Source of the DNA: Octopus sinensis
Taxonomy: Eukaryota
Assembly (NCBI RefSeq): GCF_006345805.1
Contig: NW_021833686.1
Span: forward strand, 1 to 55,448
DNA: 55,448 nt
Reading direction: 5' to 3'
Below, piece after piece: positions 1 through 11,175 of this stretch (position 1 is the stretch's first letter; each line of letters opens with the position of its first letter). The position numbers and the translations under genes were made by a program. Below the pieces are notes generated by a model. The model was given only the letters and a program-made list of their open reading frames with translations. It searched no databases and was not told where the DNA came from.

Positions 1-1092
1 ACTGGTACTTAATTTAGCGACCCCCGAAAGGATGTCTTCTACTATAGCCTCAGGGAGATCAAACCCTTGAGTGGATTTGGGAGACAGAAACTAAACGAAG
101 CCCATTGTATATATGTTTGTTGTTTCTTTACTGCCCACAAGGGGCTAGAAACGGAGGGGAGAAACAAGGACAGACAAACGGATTAAGTTGATTAACTGGT
201 ACTTAATTTATCGACCCCGAAAGGATGAAAGGCAAAGTCGACCTTGGTGGAATTTGAACTCAGAACGTAACGGCAGACGAAATACCTATTTCTTTACTAC
301 CCACAAGAGGCTACACACAGAGGGGACAAACAAGGACAGACAAACGGATTAAGTTGATTATAATGACCCCAGTGTGTAACTGGTACTTATTTAATCGACC
401 CCAAAAGGATGAAAGGCAAAGTTGACCTCGGCGGAATTTGAACTCAAAATTTAACGGCAGACGAAATACTGCTAAGCATTTCACTCAGCGTGCTAACGAT
501 TTTGCCAGCACGCCGCCTTCAATATATTATATGTATGTTTGTGTATATGTACATGTATGTGTGTGTCCGTGTGTCCATCCTCATTTTGACGTTGTGCGAT
601 AGTTGTAAGTGAGTATCCCTGTCATACAAGCAGTGATATTCAGTTCCAATCATCATCATTATCATCATCGTTTAATGTCCGCTTTCCATGCTAGCATGGG
701 TTGGACGGTTCAACTGGGGTCTGGGAAGACCGAAGGCTGCACCAGGCCCAGTCATCATCTGGCGGTGTTTCTACAGCTGGATGCCCTTCCTAACGCCAAC
801 CACTCCGTGAGTGTAGTGAGTGCTTTTTATGAAAAACATGTCGGGCCATGGGAAAACATTACGTTACCTGGAGGGTGAGGAACCGGATGGGAACCCAACT
901 GCTAAACAGTACAGCTACCTTGTCGAACACCCTAAAAGTTGTATGGCATAACAACTCAGCAGAAATATGCATGGAAGGTACATAGAGCTGATTGCATTCA
1001 TATATTGAGGAATGAATCATCCCCTGCCCTTTATAGAGCAACAAGGGTACCTCAGGTTCTTAAAACCCATATATTTCCCTGGTTGCATTTTC

Positions 1093-1665
1093 GCACCAGC
1101 ACCACCAGCACCACCAGCACTACCACCAGCACTACCACCACCACCACCACCACCACCAGCACCACCACCACCACCACCATCACCACCACCACCACCACCA
1201 GCACCACTACCACCACCACCACCACCACCACCACCACCATCACCACCACCACCACCACCACCAGCACCATCACCACCACCATCACCACCACCACCACTAC
1301 CACCACCACCACCACCATCAGCACCACCACCAGCACTACCATCACCACTACCATCCACCACCACCACCACCACCCCACCACCACCACCACCACCACCACC
1401 ACCCCACCACCACCACCATCACCACCACCACCACCACCACCAGCACTACCACCACCACCACCACCACCACCACCACTACCACCACCACTACCACTACCAC
1501 CACCATCACCACCACCACCACCACCAGCACCACCACCAGCACTACCATCACCACCACCATCACTACCACCACCACCAGCACCACTACCACCAGCACCACC
1601 ACTACCACCAGCACCTCCAGCACCACCACCACCACCACCACCACCACCACCACCACCACCACCAC
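1093..1665. repeat. About 570-bp (CCA)n microsatellite with CCAGCA/CCATCA/CCACTA variants
   Basis: Directly visible. Confidence 0.98.
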
Positions 1666-1863
1666 TGAGCATACGACATGTTCAGTAGGGGGTCAACACC
1701 CATAGCGAACAGTCGCATAGGGTCCTTCTGTTCCAGACCGTGAAAGATTACCATAAAAGTTTAATCTAAAATCAGTGAAATTTTTTAAAGACTTTGTTTT
1801 TTTTTTGGGGCATGAAGGGACAAGGGATGGCAAAGGGTCAAAGAAAAGAAATTTCTGACTCAC

Positions 1864-1928
1864 CTATGGCCAAAAATGGATTTCTTTTCTGGTAAGACTG
1901 GGAAGTTGGATTCTATCAATTTTGGCAG
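1864..1928 (-). CDS. ESD: ESD-B coding exon 5, LPKLIESNFPVLPEKKSIFGH(S); later exons lie left of the window
   Basis: 65 nt with AG/GT intact. One difference from ESD-A (TCT>TTT). Confidence 0.92.
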
Positions 1929-1967
1929 CTGAAATACATCAAAATCACGGTTTGTTACACATGAATC

Positions 1968-1996
<29 letters not shown>

Positions 1997-1998
<2 letters not shown>

Positions 1999-2301
1999 TA
2001 GCAGTATCGCCCGGCGTTGCTCGGGTTTGTAAGGGAAATAACTATATAAGCATTTTAGAGAGTTACTTCCCTTATATAAACAGAGCAAAAAATGCATTAA
2101 AAAAACGAAAAAATGATGGTAAATTTTTTTTTAATCGTAGACTCATCGTAGACGCGCGCTAATACCCAGAAGGGCTCGAAATGAATCACGACTATAAGAT
2201 ACCCGATTTTGGTTAAACTGCACCGCAAAATGTGGGAGTAGTTAGGAATCTAAATTGGAGTAGACAGACACACACACAACTTCAGTTTTATATATAAAGA
2301 T
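1997..2301 (+). mobile_element. Helentron/HINE (DINE-1-like) non-autonomous element (copies 4250-4630, 30447-30749, 44885-45286)
   Basis: Starts ACTAGCAGTATCGCCCGGCGTTGCTCGGG and ends TTTATATATAAAGAT. Class assigned from terminal resemblance. Confidence 0.55.
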
Positions 2302-2368
2302 GACATGAAATAAAGGTGGTGGTGGTGGTGATGGTGGCGGTAAAATGTTGTAAAATGGTAGAATTTAC

Positions 2369-2490
2369 CTCTTTGACAATGTAAGAATACATTCGGTAGT
2401 TGGTGCTCCATTTTGGTTGAGTTGCATCCACATAGGAAGCAACATCCTTTTGAAGGTCATAGCCATCATCTTTGCGCTCATAAAATGCCC
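2369..2490 (-). CDS. ESD: ESD-B coding exon 4, [41 protein letters not shown]
   Basis: ttttacAG/GTAAAT boundaries, 122 nt, in frame. The 3' half matches ESD-A apart from the last codons; the 5' half is strongly diverged. Confidence 0.9.
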
Positions 2491-2628
2491 CTGTAAAATG
2501 TGAAGGACAACAGTAATACAAACAACTATATTCCCTTCTTTCCTGAGCATCAATAATACTTTAATTGTTCCACGTCCTGCGTTGCTGTGTTTTTTTCTCT
2601 TTTTTTCTGTGTTTTCTTGTTTGGATTA

Positions 2629-2671
<43 letters not shown>

Positions 2672-2779
2672 TGAGCTGAGACCCCCTTCGGTCATGACTG
2701 ACCATGGGATTGCACCTAGAAAGTTACCCTCCAAGGTACAAGTTCGGGTAAGGTTGTTTATGGAATACCAGCAGTCGCC

Positions 2780-3170
2780 CATCCTTTTGGAGAAGGGGTC
2801 CTATCTTGTAGTGCACTGAGACTGTTTCTTTCGCGAAATGAAAGAAGGCCTTTGGGTTTGATTTAATGTTTTTTTATAACCCAGGCTTCTTTGTCTGCTT
2901 TCTCCCTCACATAGGATTGTTGCAGCCTTTTTTCGATCTCCATCAGTGTTGTTTTTAGGCGGGACGTTTCGCTACTTTTGGGATGTTGGTTGAGACGATT
3001 TGCAACCTTCGTCCATCGTCTCATGAGGAGCTTCCTGTCTCTTGGAATCTTGCTCCTATTTGTTTTGGCCTTGTGCTCTGGGACATATTTCTGGCATACG
3101 GCCTCCCCGCTCCACGCCATCAGTGTTATCCAAGGGAAAGGCAAAGGGGCCGATACAGCTTGTTGATATA
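2780..3170 (-). mobile_element. CR1-like LINE ORF2 internal fragment (linker between APE and RT)
   Basis: Translation IPRDRKLLMRR...IEKRLQQS...IKSNPKAFFHF, with a frameshift. Confidence 0.7.
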
Positions 3171-3438
3171 TGTTTCGATGGATTAATTAAAATTAAAAAT
3201 CATTTATCATAATTAGTTACATCTGTGAAAATGGCTTATTAATGAACACTGTTATTTTTAATCTCCTCCTTGAAGAGATTCATACATTATCCCACAATAT
3301 TTTTACTCTTGTATTAATCTTAGTTTTAACGTATCCATCGAAACGTATGTCGGTGATATAAATGATTTAAATAACCTCTTATGTGTTTGTCTCCATATTC
3401 CATTCCTCTTATATATATATAATACATACATACATACA

Positions 3439-3512
<74 letters not shown>

Positions 3513-3711
3513 TCTTTTACTTGTTTCAGTCATTTGACTGCGGCCATGCTGGAACACTGCCCTTTTTTAGTCGAGCAAATCGACCCCGGGACTTATTCTT
3601 TGTAAGCCCTTATTCTATCGGTCTTTTTTGCCGAACCACTAAGTGACGGGGACGTAAACACACCAGCATCGGTTGTGAACCAATGCTAGGGGGACAAACA
3701 CAGACACACAA

Positions 3712-3760
<49 letters not shown>

Positions 3761-4857
3761 ACAGGCTTCTTTCAGTTTCCGTCTACCAAATCCACTCACA
3801 GGCATTGGCCAGCCCGGGGCTATAGCAGAAGACACTTGCCCAAGATGCCATGCAGTGGGACTGAACCCAGAACCATGTAGTTGATTAGCAAGCTACTTAC
3901 CACACAGCCACTCCTGCGCCTATATATATATCACCATCACCGTGACCAACCAGGCTATCAAATGTTGCTACACATCGCTGGTCACGTTGTTTTAGCCTTC
4001 CAATGAAGCCACTCTGCTGGCTAAGCGAGCAGGCCAACAGAAGAAAGAGTGAGAGAAAGTTGTGGTGAAAGAGTACAGCATGGATCGCCACCACCCCCTG
4101 CTGGAACCTCGTGGAGCTTTAGGAGTTTTCGCTCAATAAACACTCACAATGCCTGGTCTGGGAATCGAAACCACGATCCTATAACATGTATATATATATG
4201 TTATATATATATATATATATAATATATATATATATTATATATATATATATCGCTATATAAACGGCAGTTTGTCTGTGCGTTTTCTGTGTGTCTGTTTTCT
4301 CGTACCCTCACCCTGACCACGGCTTTCAACCGCTTCTGATGAAACTTGACACACCGCATAGCCCAATGTCATAATTCAAAACTAACGCAGCGAAAATTTT
4401 GAAAAGTTCCCCCAGTTCTGAAAAAAATCGATAAATTCGACATGGGGGTCGAGAATCAGAAACCCAAACCACAGACTGTCTAGGGACGCAACTCCACCTT
4501 TTTTAACTCTCAAAAAAATTTACCATCATTTTTTTTCCATTTTTTTGCTATTTTTTTCGCTATAACTCTCTAAAATGCTTTATAGTTATTTCCCTTACAA
4601 ACCTGAGCAACGCCGGGCGATACTGCTAGTATATATATATATGTATATAAAACAATTTAATAAATAAAACATATGCATAAATACATACATATATATACAT
4701 ACCTCCATCTATATGTATATATACATGCATTTATATATATGAGTACAGGACACCACAAATAAACGTAGAACACGAGAAGCGAAAACATAAAATCAAACAA
4801 GGAAACGGACTTTTTTAACAACGAAAAAACAGTACAAGACAAACAATACAAGGAATA

Positions 4858-4905
<48 letters not shown>

Positions 4906-4974
4906 ATTTTATTTTTTATTTTATCTAGTTTCAGCTCACGAGCTGCGGCCATGCTGGGGCAACCGCCATTTGGT

Positions 4975-5262
4975 GTTGCTACATGATTTTACTTCACGAA
5001 TGCTTTTTAGCAACTGCCATTTGGTGCATGAGAGAGTTTGATGCAGCTGCCCTCATCTGCACCTCCTGCCGTGAAGTTGGTTCATCTGGGACACCTGACA
5101 AGAAGAGATCCAGTCCTACTTTAAAGACATCCGCATCGACCCCATGCAGGTCCCTCAGGTTCTTCGGGAGGATATTGAAGAGCTGTGGGCCTCTGAAGCC
5201 CAGGCTATCACAGTATCTTGTCCTACATCTTGATGGCAAATTTAGAGTCCTTGGCACCAGAT
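4975..5262 (-). mobile_element. CR1-group LINE 3' end fragment
   Basis: SLGFRGPQLFNILPKNLR...FKVGLDLFLSGVPDEP...AAASNSL is typical of the RT C-terminal tail. Confidence 0.75.
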
Positions 5263-5342
5263 ATATATATATATGTATGTATGTATGTATTTGGTGAAGC
5301 AACAGACATGTTGTATAGAATTGGCTAAAACTGTACACTTAC

Positions 5343-5441
5343 TTGGACATGTATCAGGTGCAACAACGATGATGTTGTGTTCTGCTGCATATCTTTGGAA
5401 ACCAGATTTTGTTATGAAATTTTGCTCACTACATGTCGCAC
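5343..5441 (-). CDS. ESD: ESD-B coding exon 3, [33 protein letters not shown]
   Basis: ccaccAG/GTAAGT boundaries, 99 nt. 7 nt and 4 aa differences from ESD-A. Confidence 0.92.
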
Positions 5442-5880
5442 CTGGTGGGGGAAGAATTTAAAGAGAAAATGAATTTGAACTCAGAACATAAAGTGCCAGA
5501 ATGAAACTAAGAATTTTGTCAGGTGTGCTAATGGTTCTGACAGATTGTTTACCTTAATAACCCTTTCTACTACAGGCACAAGGCCTGAAATTATAGAAGC
5601 AGGTGGGGGAAGTTGATTAGATTAACCCCAATATACAACTGATACTTAATTTTTTGACTGGCCGTTGGCAGTCTCGTCTGGCACCTGTGCAGGTGGCACG
5701 TAAAAAGCACCCACTACACTCACGGAGTGGTTGGCGTTTGGAAGGGCATCCAGCTGTAGAAACACTGCCAGATCAGAATGGAGCCTGGTGCAGCCTCCTG
5801 GCTTCCCAGACCCCAGTCAAACCATCTAACCCATGCTAGCATGGAAAGCGGACGTTAAATGATGATGATAATGATGATGA

Positions 5881-5953
<73 letters not shown>

Positions 5954-5990
5954 GTCCAACCCATGCTAGCATGGAAAACGGACGCTAAAC

Positions 5991-6032
<42 letters not shown>

Positions 6033-6645
6033 ATATATATATATATATTTCTGTCGAAGAGCGTAGGCTTGAAACGTAAAAGACTTGTTTTATTTCTATT
6101 CCTGAGCGCCATACTAATACAATTGTTTGTTTGTATTCCACCTGCCTTCGTCTTTTGTTTATTTTCATAAAGCTTCCTGTTATATATATATATACATATA
6201 TATATGTGGTGGTTATGGCGATAAAAGTGATGATGACAGCAGTGGTGGTGGTGGTAATAACGATGTTTATAATGATGATGATTATGCTTTAGGTATTAGG
6301 AAGGGCATCCAGCTGTAGAAACACTGCCAGATCAGACTGGGCCTGGTGCAGCCATCTGGGTTCCCAGACCCCCGGTCGAACTGTCCAACCCATGCTAGCA
6401 TGGAAAGCGGACGTTAAACAATGATGATGATGATGATGATGATAATGATGAAAAGGATGAGAGACAAAGTTGACCTCGGCGGAATTTAAACTCAGAACGT
6501 AGCGACAGACAAGCTGTGGAAACTTTGCCAAATCCATGCCAGTATGGAAAGCGGACATTAAACAATGATGATGAGGATGATAATATATCATCCCAGAACC
6601 ATGTGGTTGCTATGCAAGTCACTTACCACACAGCTACACCTATGC

Positions 6646-6687
<42 letters not shown>

Positions 6688-6976
6688 CAGGCTTCTTTTA
6701 ACATTGACCGAGGCCTTGGCATTATGTCGTGCTTAAGAAGAAGCCCCATCAGGCTAAGTAAAATTGCAGTAGTGGCAGATACTGGTGTCACACAAATGGC
6801 ACCTGAGCCAGTGGCACATAAAAGCGCCCAAAACACTCTCAGAGTGGTTGACATTAGGAAGGGCATCCAGCCTTGTAGAAGCCATACCGGGCCAGTTCAG
6901 GGCCTGGTGCAGCCTTTTAGCTTGCCTACCCTCAGTCAAACCGTCTAAACCATGACAGTATGGAAAGCGGAATTAA

Positions 6977-7197
6977 CCCTTTCATTACCGTATTTATTTT
7001 GAGATGCTCTGTGTTTCCTTCAATTATTTTAAATATAACAAAGAATTTAGTAAAATAACTTATTTATCATTCAGCTAGTGTTAGGAATATAAATTGTGAC
7101 TAAGGTTTGGTGGAAGATTTTAATTCAAAACTTATGAAAACAAGACATTTGTACTACAGAACCAGAGCTGGTTTCAGCCGGGTTGGTAATGAAAGGG
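6977..7197. mobile_element. piggyBac-type MITE
   Basis: TTAA-CCCTTTCATTACC...GGTAATGAAAGGG-TTAA (13-bp TIR, TTAA TSD). Confidence 0.85.
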
Positions 7198-7393
7198 TTA
7201 AACAATGATGATGATGATGATAATATATCATCCCAGAACCATGTGGTTGCTATGCAAGTTACTTACCACACAGCCACTCCTATGGCTATACACACACACA
7301 CAAACACAACAGGCTTCTTTTAGCATTAGGCTACCAAATTCACTCAAAAGTCTTTAGTCAGCTGGAACTATAGTAGAAGACATTTGTCTAAGG

Positions 7394-7612
7394 CAGTGCT
7401 TTTCAAACTTTTTGCTAGAGTGGAACCCCAAGGAGAGATTCCACTGGCTCGAGGAACCCCTCTGCAATAATTTAATAGTCATATGCACACATATCTGCAC
7501 AGGAGAATTAAAAATTACTGCAGATTTTAGAACTTTTGTAACTTCTTGCGGAACCCCTGGACTGTACTGGCGGAACCCCAAGGTTCCGCAGAACCCTGGT
7601 TGAAGACCACTG
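7394..7612. mobile_element. hAT/Charlie-type MITE (other copies 10060-10143, 10621-10822, 22902-23102, 26378-26596)
   Basis: CAGTG(C/G)TT...AA(G/C)CACTG termini. Near-matching 8-bp TSDs GTCTAAGG/GCCTAAGG here and GTCTTGGT/GTCTAGGT at 22902. Confidence 0.8.
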
Positions 7613-7795
7613 GCCTAAGGTACCATGCATCGGAACTGATCCCAGGACCTTGTAGTGGGGAAGTAAATTTCTTCCTGCAGGGCCACAATTTAATGATGAT
7701 GATGAGGTTGTTGTATCAGAAAGGGTCTGTTGTTCTCCCCTGCCATCTAACCAAGTACCAGTAATTGAATCAGGGACTAAGGGAATTAAACTCAC

Positions 7796-7884
7796 CGGAA
7801 AGCCAATAGAGCACAGGAAGTTTGCCAAATTCAGATTTCGCAGGTAAATAAATACCGAATTTCATTTCACATTTCAATTCAGAA
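7796..7884 (-). CDS. ESD: ESD-B coding exon 2
   Basis: Identical to 26133-26221 with intact AG/GT. Visible at the end of ORF 7770..8444. Confidence 0.93.
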
Positions 7885-7904
7885 CTGAAAAGAGAATTTG
7901 ATTG

Positions 7905-8405
7905 ATAGATGGACAGACGGACAAATGAATAGATAGATGAATAGACAGATAGACAGACAGACAGGCAGACAGACACACAGACATGAATAGATAGATAGAC
8001 AGTCAGATAGATAGAAAGATAGCTAGCTAGATAGATAGGTAGACAGACAGACAAATGGATGGATGGATGGATGGACAGACAGATGGACGGACAGACAGAT
8101 AGATAAAAAAATAGATAGATAGATGGATGGATGGATAGACAGATAGATAGATAGACAGACAGACAGACATGAATAGATAGACAGTTAGATAGAAAGAGAG
8201 ATAGATAGACAGACAGACAGACAGATAGATAGACAGACAGATAGAAAGACAGACAGATAGAAAGACAGACAGACAGAAAGACAGATAGAAAGAAAGACAG
8301 ATCGATATAAAGACAGATAGATATAGACACACAGATAGACAGAGATAGACAGATAGATAAACAGATGGATAGACAGATAGACAGGTAGATGGATAGATTG
8401 ATGGA
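7905..8405. repeat. (GATA)/(GACA) compound microsatellite, mirrored at 25815-26110; others (GATA) 44385-44520, (CCTT) 51200-51345, (TTTCC) 55360-55440
   Basis: Directly visible. Confidence 0.95.
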
Positions 8406-8911
8406 GAGGAGAGAAACAGGTGTGTCTCCTTTTCTTGACTCCATGCGCTAGTCCTAAAATGGGTGCCCCTGTCATACAAGCAGTGTCCTTCACTCCCAAT
8501 ATACTGCAGAAACATGTCTGACCATGGGGAAATATTACCTTGTTTGGAAACAAGTGAGAGTTGGCGACAGGAAGGGCACCCCAGTCGCAGAAAATCTGCC
8601 TCCAATAAACCGCAAGGTGGACACTGAATGATAATGATGAATAAAGAATGAACCTGACTTTTATTAAAGTACTTCGCATAGATGTTTGTTACTGCTGGGG
8701 ATAATGGTGAACCAATTGCTATGCCTGCGAAGTGCTGATAAATTACGTTTCAATCTGGAAACAAAGAATTCTTCGGCTCGGTCTTAATATCTTGTTGAGT
8801 TTTTCAAATGGTATTTAGTGTGTACATGATTATTATCGTTGAAATAGGTAAGAAGAAAAACAGGTAAAAGAGAGAAGCAGGAAAAACAAAAGAAGGAAGG
8901 GTGTTGTTTAC

Positions 8912-8982
8912 CTGGAATGTTTGAAGACTTTCTGGAAGCCTCCAAAACATTTGTTCGATGATACCTGTTCAAGATTACTCAT
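8912..8982 (-). CDS. ESD: ESD-B (inverted paralog) coding exon 1
   Basis: Reverse complement is identical to 25235-25305. Acceptor at 9005-9006, donor intact. Confidence 0.93.
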
Positions 8983-10144
8983 TATTACTTTCAAACTAAG
9001 AAACCTGACAAAAGTAGAAAAGAAACAACAGAATGCATGAATATTCAAGGAATAATGAGAGCAGCCGAGTCATTTAACTATATATATACATACAGCATAT
9101 TGTGTGTGTATATCTGTACGCATACATACATATACATAAATACATACACACATACACACACACACACACATATATACATTCATGCATGCATACATACATA
9201 AATACATACATACATACATATGTATGTATATATACGTCCCCGTAACTTAGCGGTTCGGCAAAAGAGACCAATAGAATAAGTACTGGGCTTACAAAGAATA
9301 AGTCCCGGAGTCGATTTGCTCGACTAAAGGCGGTGCTCCAGCATGGCCGCAGTCAAATGACTGAAACAAGTAAAAGGGTAAAGAGTAAGAGTCTATTGAG
9401 GTAAAAAAACATTCTGTGCCGTATGAAAATGTCCCTCGTTTAAGAAACAGATTAGGTTTATTTACATTTGTGAAGAAAAAAGGATACCCTTCCCCCCACC
9501 CCTAACCCTAACCCTAACCCTAAAAGAGATTGAAATGCAATAGATCGATACTAGGGTCATAATTATGGGTGACAATTTCATATGACACCGCTAGAAAAAC
9601 TGCCGGTCAAACCGAAAAGATCCCTAACCCTAACCAACCCTAACCCTAAAACAGATTGAAATGCAATAGATCGATACTAGGGTCATAATTATGGGTGACA
9701 ATTTCATATGACACTGCTAGAAAAAACTGCCGTTCAAACGGAAAAGATCCCAGCTCGGAGCTAGAAAAACAAATCTTCTTTTGAATAGCGTTAAAGGGTT
9801 AAAGAAACCACGACCACCACCACTATACAGCGGGGAGGGTTGCTGATGTTAATCCTTAAGCATTCAGATTACTCAGTCAAATGCAATACTCATATAAATT
9901 ACATTGCTTTGAATTCATCATGCATTATTTTGGAGCTTAGATCTTTTGATGAGGTTACTGTTAATTTTCGTAATGATATGGTAGGGTTGGTATTTAATCA
10001 ACCATGCTAACAGGTTGATGGTGTTACCACAGCCCGTTTTCCCAGTGAGTAAACATCTAGAGCAGAGGTTTTCAACCAGGGTTCTGCGAGCCAGTGGAAT
10101 GTTTCCATGGGGTTCCGCTCCCGCAAAAAGGTTGAAAAGCACTA

Positions 10145-10212
<68 letters not shown>

Positions 10213-10214
10213 AT

Positions 10215-10580
10215 AAATATTAGGGAATAAATCCAAATTTACATGGAAAATCAGATTTAGGATTGAATCCAATTTTATAGTAAAATATTATATAATATTA
10301 ATAGAGACAAAACCACTATTTTGCAAATCAAACAAAGAAGACTTAATCCAATACATAAAAAAATTTTAATATAAATTAAATAAAATTATATTCGCCACTA
10401 CAATTGTTTCATGTCTCTTCTCAGGACATTCATCAGGTGGATTTCAGATGAATGTCCTGAGAAGAGACATGAAACAATTGTAGTGGCGAATATAATTTTA
10501 TTTAATTTATATTAAACTTTTTTATGTATTGGATTAAGTCTTTCTTTGTTTGATTTGCAAAATAGTGGTTTTGTCTCTAA

Positions 10581-10590
<10 letters not shown>
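10215..10590. mobile_element. Palindromic Penelope-derived terminal-repeat relic (arms about 10290-10436 / 10446-10590)
   Basis: Near-perfect inverted arms with a hammerhead at the centre. A related fragment lies at 45680-45985. Confidence 0.65.
10395..10440 (-). ncRNA. Minimal type-I hammerhead ribozyme (Penelope-like)
   Basis: Minus strand reads CCAC-CUGAUGA-AUGUC(9-nt loop)GACAU-GAAAC-AAUU-GUA-GUGG. Core is complete, stems I and II pair, and the helix III loop is palindromic. Confidence 0.8.
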
Positions 10591-10623
<33 letters not shown>

Positions 10624-11175
10624 TGGTTTTCAACCAGGGTTCCGCCAGTACAGTCCAGGGGTTCCGCAAGAAGTTACAAAACTGCTAAAATCGGCAGTAA
10701 TTTTAAAGTCTCCTGTGCAGATATGTGTGCATAAGACTATTAAATTATTGCAGAGGGGTTCCTCGAGCCAGTGGAATGTTTCCTTGGGGTTCCGCTCCAG
10801 CAAAAAGGTTGAAAAGCACTGATCTAGAGATTCATGGGGTATATGACACAATAAACAGCTTAGAAAGTACGGTGTTTTATCAACTTTAATTAGGTTACTA
10901 ATTATAATTTATGCCAGCTGATACAAAGACTGTCTGTCTTATCTGTGACAAAGTATTTACACAGAGTCAGTCTACCTGTCATATACAATAGATCTCCTTT
11001 AAGTCTGACATTTTCACAGCCTTTTTTTTACTTGGAGAGGAAGGTAAGAAAGAAGGGGATTTTTCACTGCCACCACCAGCACCACCACCAGTAAATTTAT
11101 TGAAAGGAGGAGGAGTAGAAGGAGCAGAGCAATGACAGACCAAGTGAAAAGGCTTATAGTACTAAGGGCGGAAGG

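Noticed and set aside
939-1688. Long poly-Pro/Thr/His/Gly ORFs (extensin- or formin-like)
   Set aside because: All frames are open only because of the (CCA)n microsatellite. It lies in an ESD-B intron and has no splice or domain context.
7770-8679. 218-224-aa LSIYLSVC-type ORFs
   Set aside because: (GATA/GACA)n translation. Only 7796-7884 is a real exon.
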